A stretch of 64,000 nucleotides of DNA, from NCBI GenBank assembly GCA_036172245.1, contig JAYWIR010000033.1, positions 558,001 through 622,000 of the forward strand. Direction: 5' to 3'. The DNA is from Raillietiella orientalis (lineage: Eukaryota). Both the position numbers and the translations under genes were made by a program. Shown here one piece after another: positions 25,925-37,904 of this stretch (position 1 is the first letter of the stretch; every line of letters starts with the position of its first letter). The notes beneath the pieces were generated by a model, which was not told the origin of the DNA, did not search any database, and saw nothing but the letters and a program-made list of their open reading frames with translations.

Positions 25925-28015
25925 CGGCGATACCACCCGGATTCGCCGGGACGTTCATTAAAAACATTTCGACAGTCGATACAGAACATGGTACAAGGCC
26001 CTACTGCCGGCCACGCAATGCCGTAACTGCCGGGACACCGGGACGCAGCCCGGTATGGCTCTCCTCGGCAGTGGAGGGGGATGGGGGAGAAAACAAAAAT
26101 AAAATAAAAGAGAAAAACAAACCACAAAAAAAAGTTTGCCGGGCCGGGAACGGATCACAGAAAACTGCTGGGAGTGCCCATACTTTGCAGGATGCCTGCT
26201 AGTACCATTTTCAGTTTTCCTAGATTGGGCAATCGGGTAGCTCTCTGCAGGAAGCGAGAAGCGTACTCGATGACGTCCCTCACGATGCATTCTTCATCTT
26301 CGGCATCACTCCAGGCCGCCACGATACCACGAATGCAGCAAAGTGCTGCCAGGGCTGCGGTTGGACTGAGGGCGTCCCGCAGGAAGACAACACTGAAGAC
26401 ACATCCAACATTGCCACCATCCGGTATCCGGAGGGCCGCTTTAAGACGATCCCAAAGAATATGGACGGCAGGGCATTCAACTAAGAGGTGGGGGAGCGAC
26501 TCCCGCTTCCCACACCTGGCACACGCAGGATTTACTCTTCCTCGCGTCCAGAGGAAGCGGCGCGCGTTGCAGGGTAGACCCCAATGCAGCCACAGAAGCG
26601 CCGATTGTTGCCACTTCAGGGGAAGAAACCTGGATCCAAGTAGAATGGGGGTCACTTCAGGTCATCCAATCGAATGCCGAGCAGCTCGCATCATCTTCTT
26701 AATCCACGCGGCTGGAGACTAGGGGTCCTTGCATCTGTCAACTCTTCCATGGTCCAGCCGATCATCACCTTCTCTATGCCTTCGTTACGGCAGCAGACTT
26801 GCCACCTTGGCTTCCGACTTTCGTGAAGCGCCCTTTGGAGGAAGGGCATCGCCGTAACAAGGGGTGTGCCTTCCGCCTACGTGCAACTCGGTGGAAATTC
26901 AAGAATTTCACGGAGAGTTCGGCGGGCGTAAAAGCCGACTCTCAGGCAGTTCATCCGGTTTTAGCACCTCTGGTTCTGCTTAGCCCAGGTGCCAGCAGTC
27001 TCTTCCAGCCAAGCGGAGGAGTTGGCAGGGCCACAAACCATCCAGTCGTTCTCCTTTGCCAGGGTTGCCATGCGGCCGAGCAGTAGACCGCATCTTCGAA
27101 TCTTCCTGCCAGGGCACAGAAGAAACGATGCGAGTCCTTCGCAGCGGGACACACGCCTAGCCAGGAGGCGGGCCGGAATGCACCAAGCGGTGCTCAACAT
27201 CTTCGCTGCGATGGCGAGGGTCCGCCATCGCAGCTGGATTTCCACGCGCTCCAGCGTCAGGATGCAGAGACCGATGTCCCGACGCGGAGCACACAAGTCC
27301 TTCAAATTGACTCGGGGCCTCCTTTTGCCCCAAAGAGCTATGCGAACGAGGTCCTTTGTCCTCTTCTTCGATTCCACGGTGGGGGGGCAAACAAAAAGCA
27401 AGGGGCGGAGGATGGGGGACTCGAAGGCGTTAAAAACCGTGGCCCGTTCCGGCAAGTGAAACTTGCCTTCCAGGTACGGTCCGATCGCCGTTTCGACTTT
27501 TTGGAGGCAGCTAGACCACGCTTCCGCCGGGGGAAGTCCCCCAACGGCACACCGAGGTACTTGATGCACCTCACCGTAGGGATTCCCAGACGGACCCAGT
27601 CCTGCTGCCCTGCCCACGTCGCTCCAACTGGAAACACTGACGACTTTGCCCTGTTAACCTGTAATCCGGCCTCACGGCTAAGCAGGTCGAAGAAATCTCC
27701 GACCGCCTTCGCCGGGGTGGACATAGGTAAGAGGAGCAGAAGATCGTCGGCATACGCCGCTTCGCCTGGCGTGCCGGGGCACGAGCTCGGCAAGGGGGCC
27801 AAAGTCTCCCTGTATGCTCTAAGCACCAACTCAGCGTAGGTGCTAAAACGCAGAGGGCTGAGGCTGTCGCTTTGCCTTATGGCCCGCCGCACCGGCACGC
27901 CATACACCTCTTGTCCACTGAAAGTAATCGAGATTATCGCGTTTTGCCAGCAAGAGCGCAGGTAGGTAATCAAGGAGGGTGGGAAGCCCATGCGGCCCAG
28001 GAGCTCCAAGAGGAG
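25925..28015 (-). mobile_element. LINE ORF2 3' half (RT to zinc finger and 3' UTR)
   Basis: AAYADDLL (ORF 27338-28111); CARCGKRESLPHLLVEC; terminal motif at 25933-25959. Confidence 0.82.
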
Positions 28016-29113
28016 TTCCTCGAACCCTTGGGATTTCCTGCCTTTTTCCTGGCCTACTTGCGCTTCTGCTGGCGTTTCGCGTTTATTAATATTAATTTCA
28101 GCGGCCGGCACGTGTTCGGCGTGCCGCTTTGTCGTGGTATCCGGCAGGTTGACAGTCTGAGCCCCATGCTCTTCAGCATCTACTTTGAGTTGGTGCTGAG
28201 AGCATACAGGGAGACTTTGGCAACCCTGTCGAGCTCGTATCCCGGCACGCCTGCCGTGTCGGCCTATGCCGACGATCTTCTGTTCCCGCTTCCCGGGTCC
28301 ACCCCGGCGTCGGCGCTCGAGGATTTCTTCGAGTTGCTATACCGTGGGACAGGCCTCCAGGTAAACAGGACGAAATCGTCGTTGCTTCTCACCGACTCGA
28401 CGAGGGCCGGACGGTCGGACTGGATCCGCTTGGGGATCCCCACGGGCAGGTACATCAAGTACCTTGGCGTTCCGTTGGGGGACTTCTGCTCTGCAGAAGC
28501 CTGGTCCGCCCGTCTACAAAAAGTGGAGCTGGCGATCGGCCCGTTCCGGGACAGCAAGTTTCACTTGCAGGAACGGGCCACGGTATGGAACGCTTTCGCG
28601 CCCCCATTCCTTCGCCCCCTACTTTTTGTGTGCCCTACCCCTAACCAATTTAGGACTCGGGATAGGGGCATTGTACGGAAAGCCCTCTGGGGCAACCGGA
28701 GGCCACGCGTTCGGCTCAAAGACTTGTGCGCTCCACGCATGGACGGTGGACTTGGTCTTCTGACGTTGCAGCGAATGGAGCGACAGCTCCAATTCAGAAA
28801 ACTTACCCTTGTGGCAAAGTTTTGGAAAGCACCCTGGTGTGCACCGGCAAGACTCCTTGCTCACAGGGCAACCGGCTGCTTCGGATTGACTCCAATCCTG
28901 GTAGCCAACGAACGCAGCCTCAACCGTTGTGGTTATCAGCTGCGGGATCTGGTTGCCCTCATGAGAGACAACCCTTGGATCTCCTGCATCCCATCGGACT
29001 GGACTACCTTACCAGAACAAAGAGTGACGCCAACAGCGAGAAGCCCGCTGCTTCTTCGTTGTCACGAAGAGCACGCTCTCAGACAGAAGCAGCTCAGAAA
29101 GGTCAAGAAATAG
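28010..29113 (+). mobile_element. LINE RT C-half fragment of a related family
   Basis: ORF 27872-29113: GIRQVDSLSP, SAYADDLL, IKYLGVP. Confidence 0.8.
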
Positions 29114-29149
29114 GTCTTCCCCTTTTATGGCCTCTTCCCTATCGTCCGC

Positions 29150-32100
29150 TAGGAGGCTGAACATCGCCTAATGGAATGTAAACGGTGTGGTCGACCAGGG
29201 AAAAAAAAAAGAATTGTGCGGACTATCGCACAAGAAGACATAGTGTGCCTGCAGGAGACCCACAAGATGGGTCTCGAGATTAGTCAGCAAATGGAACAAG
29301 GATTCAACAGGCAGATGTTCGTCAGCGAGGGAGAACGGAACACGCAGAGTGTGGCGTTCCTAATCAACAACAACTTGGCCTTCACTATTCTGGAAGTGTT
29401 CTCTCCCCAACCCGGACGAATCATCGGCGTGCGACTGGCCTGGTCTTCTACTGTTTACCTCATCCTGGTGAACGTGTACGGGCCGCACAGGCTAAAACAT
29501 CGTTGTGCGGAGGCGCTGCATGCAGCACTGCGTGAAAAAATTGCTTCCAAGGACGTCGTGATTGTTGCTGGCGATCTCAACATTTTGAATGTGATCATTC
29601 ATTCGGAAGACGCCAGAGGAAGGACGGCGTATTGACGGCTATCCGAGGAGTTCGGACTGGTCTGGCGAACAGCAAGCCACAAGCCAATCGATCACGTCCT
29701 GCACAGCACCGAACTTGGGAACCGCATCCAGGGGTTTCGCGACACTATGACCACGGTGTCCGATCACCCCCTGGTGCGGTTTTCCTTAAGAACGGAGAAT
29801 CATCGGCGGAGGCAAGTCGCCAGGGCGGCGCTCATCAGCATGCCCGCCTGGTTCGAAACCCATCCTGGACATCAGGCTGTCCTGGAGACGATTCTGAAGG
29901 CAAGAACAATCCGAAGAGTTGCCGATTGGGACAGCCTGAAACACAGGATACACCTGTTTGCAAACATACAGTTCGGGGATAGGCACTTCAGGCAGGAGGC
30001 GTACCAGGAGCTGAACATCCAAAATCACTCACTCTCAAAGTGCTTCGGTCAGTACGAGAGTCGGTACTTCTTCAACAGCATAAAAAAGGAAGTTGACGTG
30101 CTGGAGAAGGGAAAGCTGGCAACAGATAACTTCTGCATTCAGTACGACGGTCAAGAGCGACAGTCGTCCGAAGATATCGTGGAAGCCTTCCACAGGCATT
30201 ACACGAAACACTTCAGGCGACAACATCTCTGTCGCTCTTGTCAACAGGCCTTTCTCAGCTATCTCGAGAAGAGGACCGACGATCTCCAGCGGAACAGACT
30301 GGAGGAGGAGTTCTCCGAAGATTAGGTGAAGACTGCGTTTGGTCAACTACGCAAGGACGTGGCAGCTGACCCTGAGAGCGTACCCATCACTCACTATCAG
30401 CGGTACCTACAAGCCTAGCTGCGTTTGTTCTACCAGTTGACCCTCTGCATTCGCTAAGAAGGAAGACTTCCAGAGTCCTTCTACGAGAGTCGGATGAGAT
30501 TGTTGCCAAAAGGAGGCGACCTCGCTCAGGTGGCTCAATTGAGGCCAATCTCGATCCTGAACTCCGATGCCCAGTGGTTGGCGAAGATCTGGTCCAATCG
30601 CTTAGGCAAGGTCATGCCGAGGCTCATCTCTCCGGTCGAAACGTGTGCAGTCCCTGGACGTCACATGTCGGACAATGTCAAGTGTGCCCAAGCCACCGTC
30701 GGACTCAGCAAATACTTCGAAGAGAACCTGGCGCTGGTGTTCACTGACATGGAGAAGGCCTTCGACTCCATCGACCATGGGATGCTGCTGAAGATTCTGG
30801 AAAAGCTAGGACTTCCGGAACACTACAGCATCTTTGTGAGGGTGGTACTTCAGAACCAGTACTGCCGAATCAAAATCAAGGGCCAAAGGACGGCAGCAAT
30901 CCGGATGGAACGGGGAGTCCGGCAGGGCGATTCGCAAAGTCCGATGCGGTTTGTCATCTACATGAAAACGTTGTCATCCTTTATCGAGCAGAGCGGACGA
31001 CTGCAAGGCATAACAATCGATGGCCAGCGTCTTACCCATCTGGCATACGCTGATGATCTATGCTTATCAAGGGAGAGAGAAATCAACGAGCGTTTCTGGA
31101 TGTGGTAGACCTGATGGTTGAAGGCCGGGTCTAAAGATCAACGCCCAGAAAAGCCAGCTCTTGCCCGTTGGAATCCTCGATCTCTCCGCTCTAGCGGAAA
31201 GAGGATTCTCAACGGTGGACAAGGCCAAGTACCTGGGTGTCCACATTGGCGACGTCTCCGCGTCGAAGTTATTGTAGACCGACATCCTAGGGAAAACGGG
31301 CAAGGAAGCAGCCAAGTACACCCGAACGGACCTTGGAATGAAGTGAAAGGCCAACATATGGAACGGAGTACTGCTTCCAAAAGTGCTCTTCGGAGCGGCC
31401 TTGGCGAGGATGAACAAGGGCACCACGAGGGAGTTTGACAAGCTGAATAGAAAAACACTGTGGGACCACTATCGCCCAAGAGTTCGACTAAAACCCCTGT
31501 GTCGTCCCAGGGAAGAAGGCGATTTCGGGATGAAGTCACTTGCACACTCCATAGAAAACATGGATACGCGACACATCCTGGACATTGTTACTCACTGGGA
31601 TGACTGGCCGCATGCGGCGCCCAGGGCCTACCCGTTGTTGTTGAACAACTCGGAAGGCCTGATGACTGCGCTGCTAGGCCGAGCAGGCGAATGGAAAAAA
31701 ATCGAATCAACCTGGACGAGAAAGCAACGGCTGGTGCGAAAGCACAAAATCAAGATCGTGCCGAGAAGTAAGGAACTCTGGCAGGACAAGTCCATCCTGG
31801 TGATCCCTTGGATGCTTCCTGTCCCGCCAGACACGAGCAGCTGGATCCACCAGCGCTTCATAGTTACCCTACAACCAATCCAGGAGTGCAAACGAGGAGG
31901 GTACTCACATCACACTCGTATACTTAGGTATATAAAGATGATGTTAGGAAGGTTTACCCACATGAGTCGCAAAGTGTGGTTCAACCACAACGACATTGCG
32001 TGGTCCAGGGTAACCAAAACAAACGTCCGAAGACTAATTCAAGAAAACAGTGATATCAGTGCCCTCCAGGAAGCCGCCGATCGCTACGGGAGTGACCGGA

Positions 32101-32765
32101 TCAACCTGTTAGCCATTGCCACGACGCTCTGGACGAGTGACCTTTTGCCGGGCACCCAGGATGACCTCCTGATGTTTTATCATGGAGGAATCCAGAGTGG
32201 GACTCGATTGCAGCACTACACCAGAAGTAAGGATGACCGAGACTGCACAGCATGTGGAGACATCGACACGAGACTTCACGTCTTCACATGTCCCACATTG
32301 CTGCATGACTGGCTGATCCTGAAAAGGATCATCGGACTCACCACCAGGTCCGTAATGGAGATCCTCGCCGGGATGTTTCAGGGGGATGGTAATGTTCCCT
32401 GTTACAATCCCATGGTGAGGACGACCATCGCCCTCTTCATCACCGCCATACTTGTACGGTGGTGGAAAATGAGGAAAGCCAGAAGAGCCGCACCACCGAT
32501 GGAGATCCTACAAGGGCTCCTCAAGAGTAAAATCGGCATTAGAAACTGTAGGAAAATCCAAGCCTGGACGTACCGATTCATCCTGAAGAGGATAGAAGTC
32601 GACGTCCGGGACCAAACAGCAGGAAACCCACCATGACTGCAGAACTTCTGAACCCATAGACTTCAGAGTGGTAAAGATGTTATGAATGAGACTGTAGGGT
32701 GAATGTTTTGGTACAAAAATTTTCGAAAAATAAATTTACCCCACCCCTTGTGGGACTTGGGGAAA
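29150..32765 (+). mobile_element. Divergent family E L1/Tx1-like ORF2, near complete but disrupted
   Basis: CLQETH, NVYGP, AGDLN, SDHP, LRPISILNSD, DMEKAFD, GVRQGD, LAYADD, CTACGDIDTRLHVFTC. Confidence 0.85.
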
Positions 32766-34122
32766 CCTGCCGAGTTGGCGATGGGGCGACTGCATGCAGC
32801 GTGCTTTTGCTCGTCGCTGCTTTTACCGCTTTCGTAGCCTTTGCAGAGGGGCCTGCGCTGCAGTGTGGCTGTCCGGAACTCAATAAGGACAACGGAACGG
32901 GGCAAGAAGTCTTCGCACTGTTGCGATTTTCCTGTTTTCCTACCTTTCCCTCCAGGGTATCACGGATATTTCCTGGTTCCTCGCTCGGAGAGGTGCCTGC
33001 GAGTTCGGCAGAAAGGGATGGCACGGCACGCGTCAAACCCTTGCGCTTCTTTTTAATTGGCTTCTTCGCCGTGTCTTTCCCCTTTCGGGGCGTTGCGAGC
33101 GGGGATGCTTTCTTTTCTTCCGCGGATCGCTCGTTGTTTTTTCCGAGTTTTTGCTGTCGACGTTCTTTATTTGCCGCTGCGGCTTTTCCCGCAGTGGTCT
33201 CTTGAACCCGACAAATTTCCGCTGCAACTCTTTTTCTTACAAGTACCGGGCACTTTTTGATCTCGTGCCCGGAATCTTTGCAATAGCGGCATCTTGGAGA
33301 GCGGCACTCTTCAATTCGGTGCCCATCCTTGCCGCACTGCTCGCACGCGCGAGTCTGGCCTATGAACCACAGGTAAACGACCTTGCCGTTCACCTGCAGC
33401 TGCTCGGGCACAACATGCCTGTTCGTGACGGTGATCCGCGCGAAGGCTTGTCCGATGTGGACAGAGGAGAATTCCGTCAGAGGGTTCGCCCTCCTCCACA
33501 GGGCGTGCACGGTGGCGAACTTCACCAGCACGCTCACAACATCGCGTTTGGAGATTTCCGGTTCGATGTCGCACAATTGAACGACAAAAAAGTCGTCCAT
33601 CGCGGTAGGTAGGACTTCCTTGCCATTGATAGTCAACGGCGTACGGAGAAGGAGCTGCACAAGTGCTGCGTTCTTGCACCGAATCTTCGTACATTCCATC
33701 CTGCCAGCAGGCATTATGGCAAGGAGTTTCTCCTCGCGAACGCCTATCCGGACGAGCTCATCATTGAGCTCACGACCGTTTCTCCCGTTCAGTGGCCCAC
33801 TGACCTTATAACGGAGTGCAGGCATGTATCCTGATGACACATATGCCTGGAACTCCGCATCGCAGGGTCCTGGTCTTTGGGAGGTAACGGCGGCGTAACT
33901 CCTCACCGGGGGCGAGGATACCATTACGGAGGATGCGGCCGCTTTAAGTGCAGCTGAAGTGCATCCAGTGGCTTCCTCCTCCACACTATCCTGTGTACTG
34001 GCCATGTTGCACTATGCTACTTGGCAGATTGCACAGGAACACACAAGTGCTAGCGAAAACGCAGGCACAAAGTTGCCCTATCGTTGGCGCGGATAGACGC
34101 GAAAACACGTCTGCACTGTACG
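32766..34122 (-). mobile_element. Second family C copy (5' UTR and ORF1, 3' truncated)
   Basis: ORF 32680-34005 begins MASTQDSVEEEATG, nearly the same as the ORF at 14558. Confidence 0.88.
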
Positions 34123-34395
34123 AGCGCAGGAGATCGAGACAATCGCGGGTGGTCGTTTGTATTGGCGATGCGGCCTCCGCAACACCTGCGGGGTCGCGTT
34201 CTCCGTGAAGCCATCGATAGACGCTGCCGTAAAGGGCGTGCGCTCCGATGACGACGGTCGGGTCGTTCAGCTGATTGTCAGCTGGTCCGACTCGATTGAA
34301 CTACTTGTCACGAATGTGTACGCCCCAGCGGAAAACAGGGATACAGCGACCGCACCAGGTTGCAGGAATCCCTGAAGCGCGACTGGCAGGCGGAC
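34123..34395 (+). mobile_element. Family A endonuclease fragment (target of family C copy 2)
   Basis: AQEIETIAGGRLYWRCGLRNTCGVAF..NVYAP. Confidence 0.75.
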
Positions 34396-36973
34396 ACGAA
34401 CGTGCAGAACTCCTGGACCGACCGCTTGAAGCGGTCAAAGTCCTGAAGTGTCTGCATCCTGAAGCTTCAAATAAACGCGCGGAGGTGTTACGCCGCGTCG
34501 GGAAACCTTAGCCAGTCCCCTGGCAGACGCCACGCTGACGAGGAGGGGCCCTTGTCGCGCGGACGCACTTCGAACTTGATCCGACCATGGTCCGACAGCT
34601 CGGATGGTACCTTGCCGCGCCTGCTTACTTGAGAGCATAGGTGCTGGTCAAGGTACACGTCATCGATGCTGCGTTCCATGGTCGTATCCCCGGCCAACAT
34701 GTTGCGCGTGTTTATTTCAGCGCACAACTCGTTGACGCGCTCGTTCAGTGTATCCGGCGCACCTGAAAGCAGGCGCAGGTTGAAATCACCTGCAATCAGG
34801 TGCGCTTAGCGAACTCATGCATCGGTCAGCCAATCGCGTCTCAGGGCAAGGTAGAACTCCCTTCTTGCCTTCGCCCTCAACGCGGAGTTTCCGCTGGGAG
34901 CGTATAGGTTGGCGACGACCAGGTCGATAGAGTAGGACCAGCTGAGAGTCAGCTGACCGACGCGACCTGCGTCATAGAACCGAACGTCCTTTATTGCGGT
35001 CTCGATGGCTGGCCGAAGCAGGAAGGCGACACCGCTTGATTTCGCGGTGCTGCAACGCCGCAACAGCCGCCCACCCGACATCCGTTCGATCTCCCGGGCT
35101 TGATCTGCGGAGATCACGTGGATCTCCTGCTGCAGCACCAGGTCGAAGGATGCCAGGGTGGCGGCCACGTCACGCCTCTTGCCGTCGTCGCTTCGCCCGT
35201 TCACGTTCCAACAAGCGATCAGCAGACGACGGCGAGAAACTATTCCCGGCATTATGGCTGGGAAAGTGGCGTCGCGGCACCTGCCGCGGGGCAGGTGTAG
35301 AAAAAATCCATCGGTACGAGGACCATCGGAACGAGGACGGAGGCCTCTTCAGGCACCTGGGGTACCTGTTCGGCCTCCATCCCCTTTATCCCCTCCGTGT
35401 CCGAGCGTGGAATTCTCTCGGGCGACGGGTCCCGGGAGTTTCCCACGCTCATGGCACCCTCGCTACCGGAAGCCCTTTCTTCCCCTTCGTCGGGGCAGAC
35501 GATCTTCCGGGGCATTGTGGACTTTCGTCCTGCCTTTTTGCAGGGTGCCGCGGAAACGGATGCTGTATTTCCTGCCTCCACCTCGGAGTCGGAAGTATTC
35601 GACCCCTGAGGAGAAGCCGGACGCCTGACGGCTTTCTTCCCAGCCTTGGGGGTGGCCGGCTGCAACGAGGCAGCCAGCTCCTCCGCGTCGCGCTCGAAGG
35701 CGACGTCATCGAGCGTGAGCTCGGTGACGGACGCCGTCGCCTCGCTCCCCTCCTTGTTGACTTTGTCAACGGAGGGTTGAGCGGAGACAGCAGCGAGTGC
35801 ATTTGTACCGCATTCATCGATGGCGGGAATCCGCTCAACGACGACGCAACAATCTTTGATATTTTCGGGGCAAGGAGGGGTTTCTCTCCGTTTTGCCACC
35901 TTGTTTCCCTTCTTAGGGGCGTTTTCCCTAGGGTTGACCTTCTGCCACCCTGGCTCTTGGCCTTCTTCCTCGACCTTTTTGGCGTTTTCAGCCGGAGTTT
36001 TCGGACTAGCCTTCGCCTTGGTGGCGGAGGTGACCTCCTTAGCAGCAGCACGAGCTGCCAGCTTCTTCCTTTTCTTTGCCGCGCGCTTTCTCGCGTTTTT
36101 CGCGGACGCGACGCGGACTGAATTTTGGGGGCACACCAGACGAGTGTGCCCCGCTTGCTTGCACTGCTGGTACTGTACGCTCGAACACCTCATTTTGAGG
36201 TGTCCAAAGCTGCTACAGCAGGCGCAGAACTTGGGTTTCCCCACGTACCACACGTCGACGGATTCACCGTTGACGGTGAGTTTGTGGGGAAACTCACACC
36301 CTTCGCGAACCTTCACTCGCGCTGTTCCCAGGCCGCCAAGCAGCCCGTCGTAATCAGCGAACGGGGTTGGCTTCCCCCACAGCGCGTGGAAACTCGCAAA
36401 TTTATTTATTTCGTTCCGGACCGCCTCCTTGGTCATCCCGAACGTAATCCCGGTCAGGTGAATCATCACCGACCTGTCTTCCGTTATTGGAAGAAGCCTC
36501 CGGCTGCCCATCATTACGGGGGTTTGCAGAAGCCTCTGCGAAAGAGTTGCCTCCTTGCAGATTACTTCCGCGAATTGTCCCCCGCTTCTGACGGACATTG
36601 CAAGAAGCTCCTCCTTTTTTACGTCGAAAGCGCGCATCGCCTGCGAGAAGGCGCGCGCGTACTCGGGATAATATGAACCGCCTACCTTGTATAGGAGGGG
36701 TGGGTTGTACCCCTCCTCCAGGTAGGCCCGCATCTCCGCCACAGCCGCCGGCGTGGGCGCGGCAGCCACGGCGTTCCAAGCCCTGGGTAGGGCCGGGGAC
36801 GCATCAGTGGGGGCGGGAGCCTCCACTTCCATCTCCTCCGGGGGCCATGGGGTCATCGCCCCCGGAATATCACCGGTGGTGGAATCAGGCATTGCTACCT
36901 AATCCTCCACCCACCCCACACAAAACACCATTGGAAATCGAAACTCAGGAGCAGCGAAAAGACACGTCCGCTA
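34396..36973 (-). mobile_element. Family B LINE 5' end with open 546-aa ORF1 and endonuclease
   Basis: ORF 35252-36892 with knuckles CACCSSFGHLKMRC; ORF 34815-35252 CWNVNG..QEIH..NLYAP; ORF1 stop overlaps the ORF2 ATG at 35252. Confidence 0.85.
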
Positions 36974-37903
36974 GACGCTCCAGAGCCTTTCGGACTAAGA
37001 ACTCTTCAAGGCCTCGGTCCGGGAGTTCTGCGAGCAGTTCCCCTTGGACCGCCTGCCTCCCGGATTCGGCAAGGGTCCTCGCAACCATCGGGACTATTTA
37101 CAGGCTCGTAGGTACGAGAGAACTCCTAATGTCCGTCGCCTGGCCGAGTACCGCGCCGGGGCCGAACCCCAAGCCTGGCAATCCGGGTCGGCCAGCTTGC
37201 TAAACGACCAGGGCCGGGAACGTTCGTCCCCGTCTGCGGTACGGAATCTCGTGCGGTGTTTTTATTGCTCCCTTTACGCCAAAACACCACCCGAACAATA
37301 CGCCTCGTGGCGAATGCTCATGAGTGGTTCCGTGGTGATAGGGGAGGAGGAGAGAGTAAGCCTCGATGAGCCTTTCACGACCGGTGAAATTCTCGCCGGT
37401 ATCAAAAGGCTCAAGAGGCGTAAAGCTCCAGGGGAAGACGGCTTGCCCGCGGAGTTCTTTCAGAGCTTCGCGGAAGAGCTGGCACCCCTGCTGCTTAAGT
37501 TCATCAGGCTGATCCGAGACGAAGGCGATGTTCCCGCCTCCTTTTGGTCAGCCAGAGTGAGGCTCCTTCCGAAAGGGGGAGACCTCAGGGATTTAAAGTA
37601 CTGACGTCCGATCACGATCGTGAATACGGACGCCAAGTTGATAGCAGGGCTATGGGCTTCGCGTCTGGGGAAGGTGGCAGAGTCCATAATTAGCTTGGAG
37701 CAGACCTATGCTGTTCCCGGGCGAAGTATGGACGCCAACCTCTTCTTCGCAAGCACATGGGTGCACCTGCAGAGAAGAGAAAAGCAAGCGATAGAGAAAG
37801 TCGGCAACCCCACATTGGGGCCCCCAGCCGGGCTGCGCAGGGACCCTCGGGCAGGGAAAGGGGCCCTAGCGCTCGCAGACGATCTCCACAAGGCGTTTGA
37901 CTG
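36974..37903 (+). mobile_element. Family A ORF2 fragment ending at KAFDC
   Basis: ORFs 37044-37604 and 37620-37946 (KAPGEDGLPAEFF, DDLHKAFDC). Confidence 0.8.
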
Positions 37904-37904
37904 T

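Noticed and set aside
1..37900. Many long antisense or alternate-frame ORFs (e.g. 10395-11441, 11695-12609, 34994-36121)
   Set aside because: Shadows of GC-rich LINE coding sequence or fusions across insertion junctions; no independent motifs.
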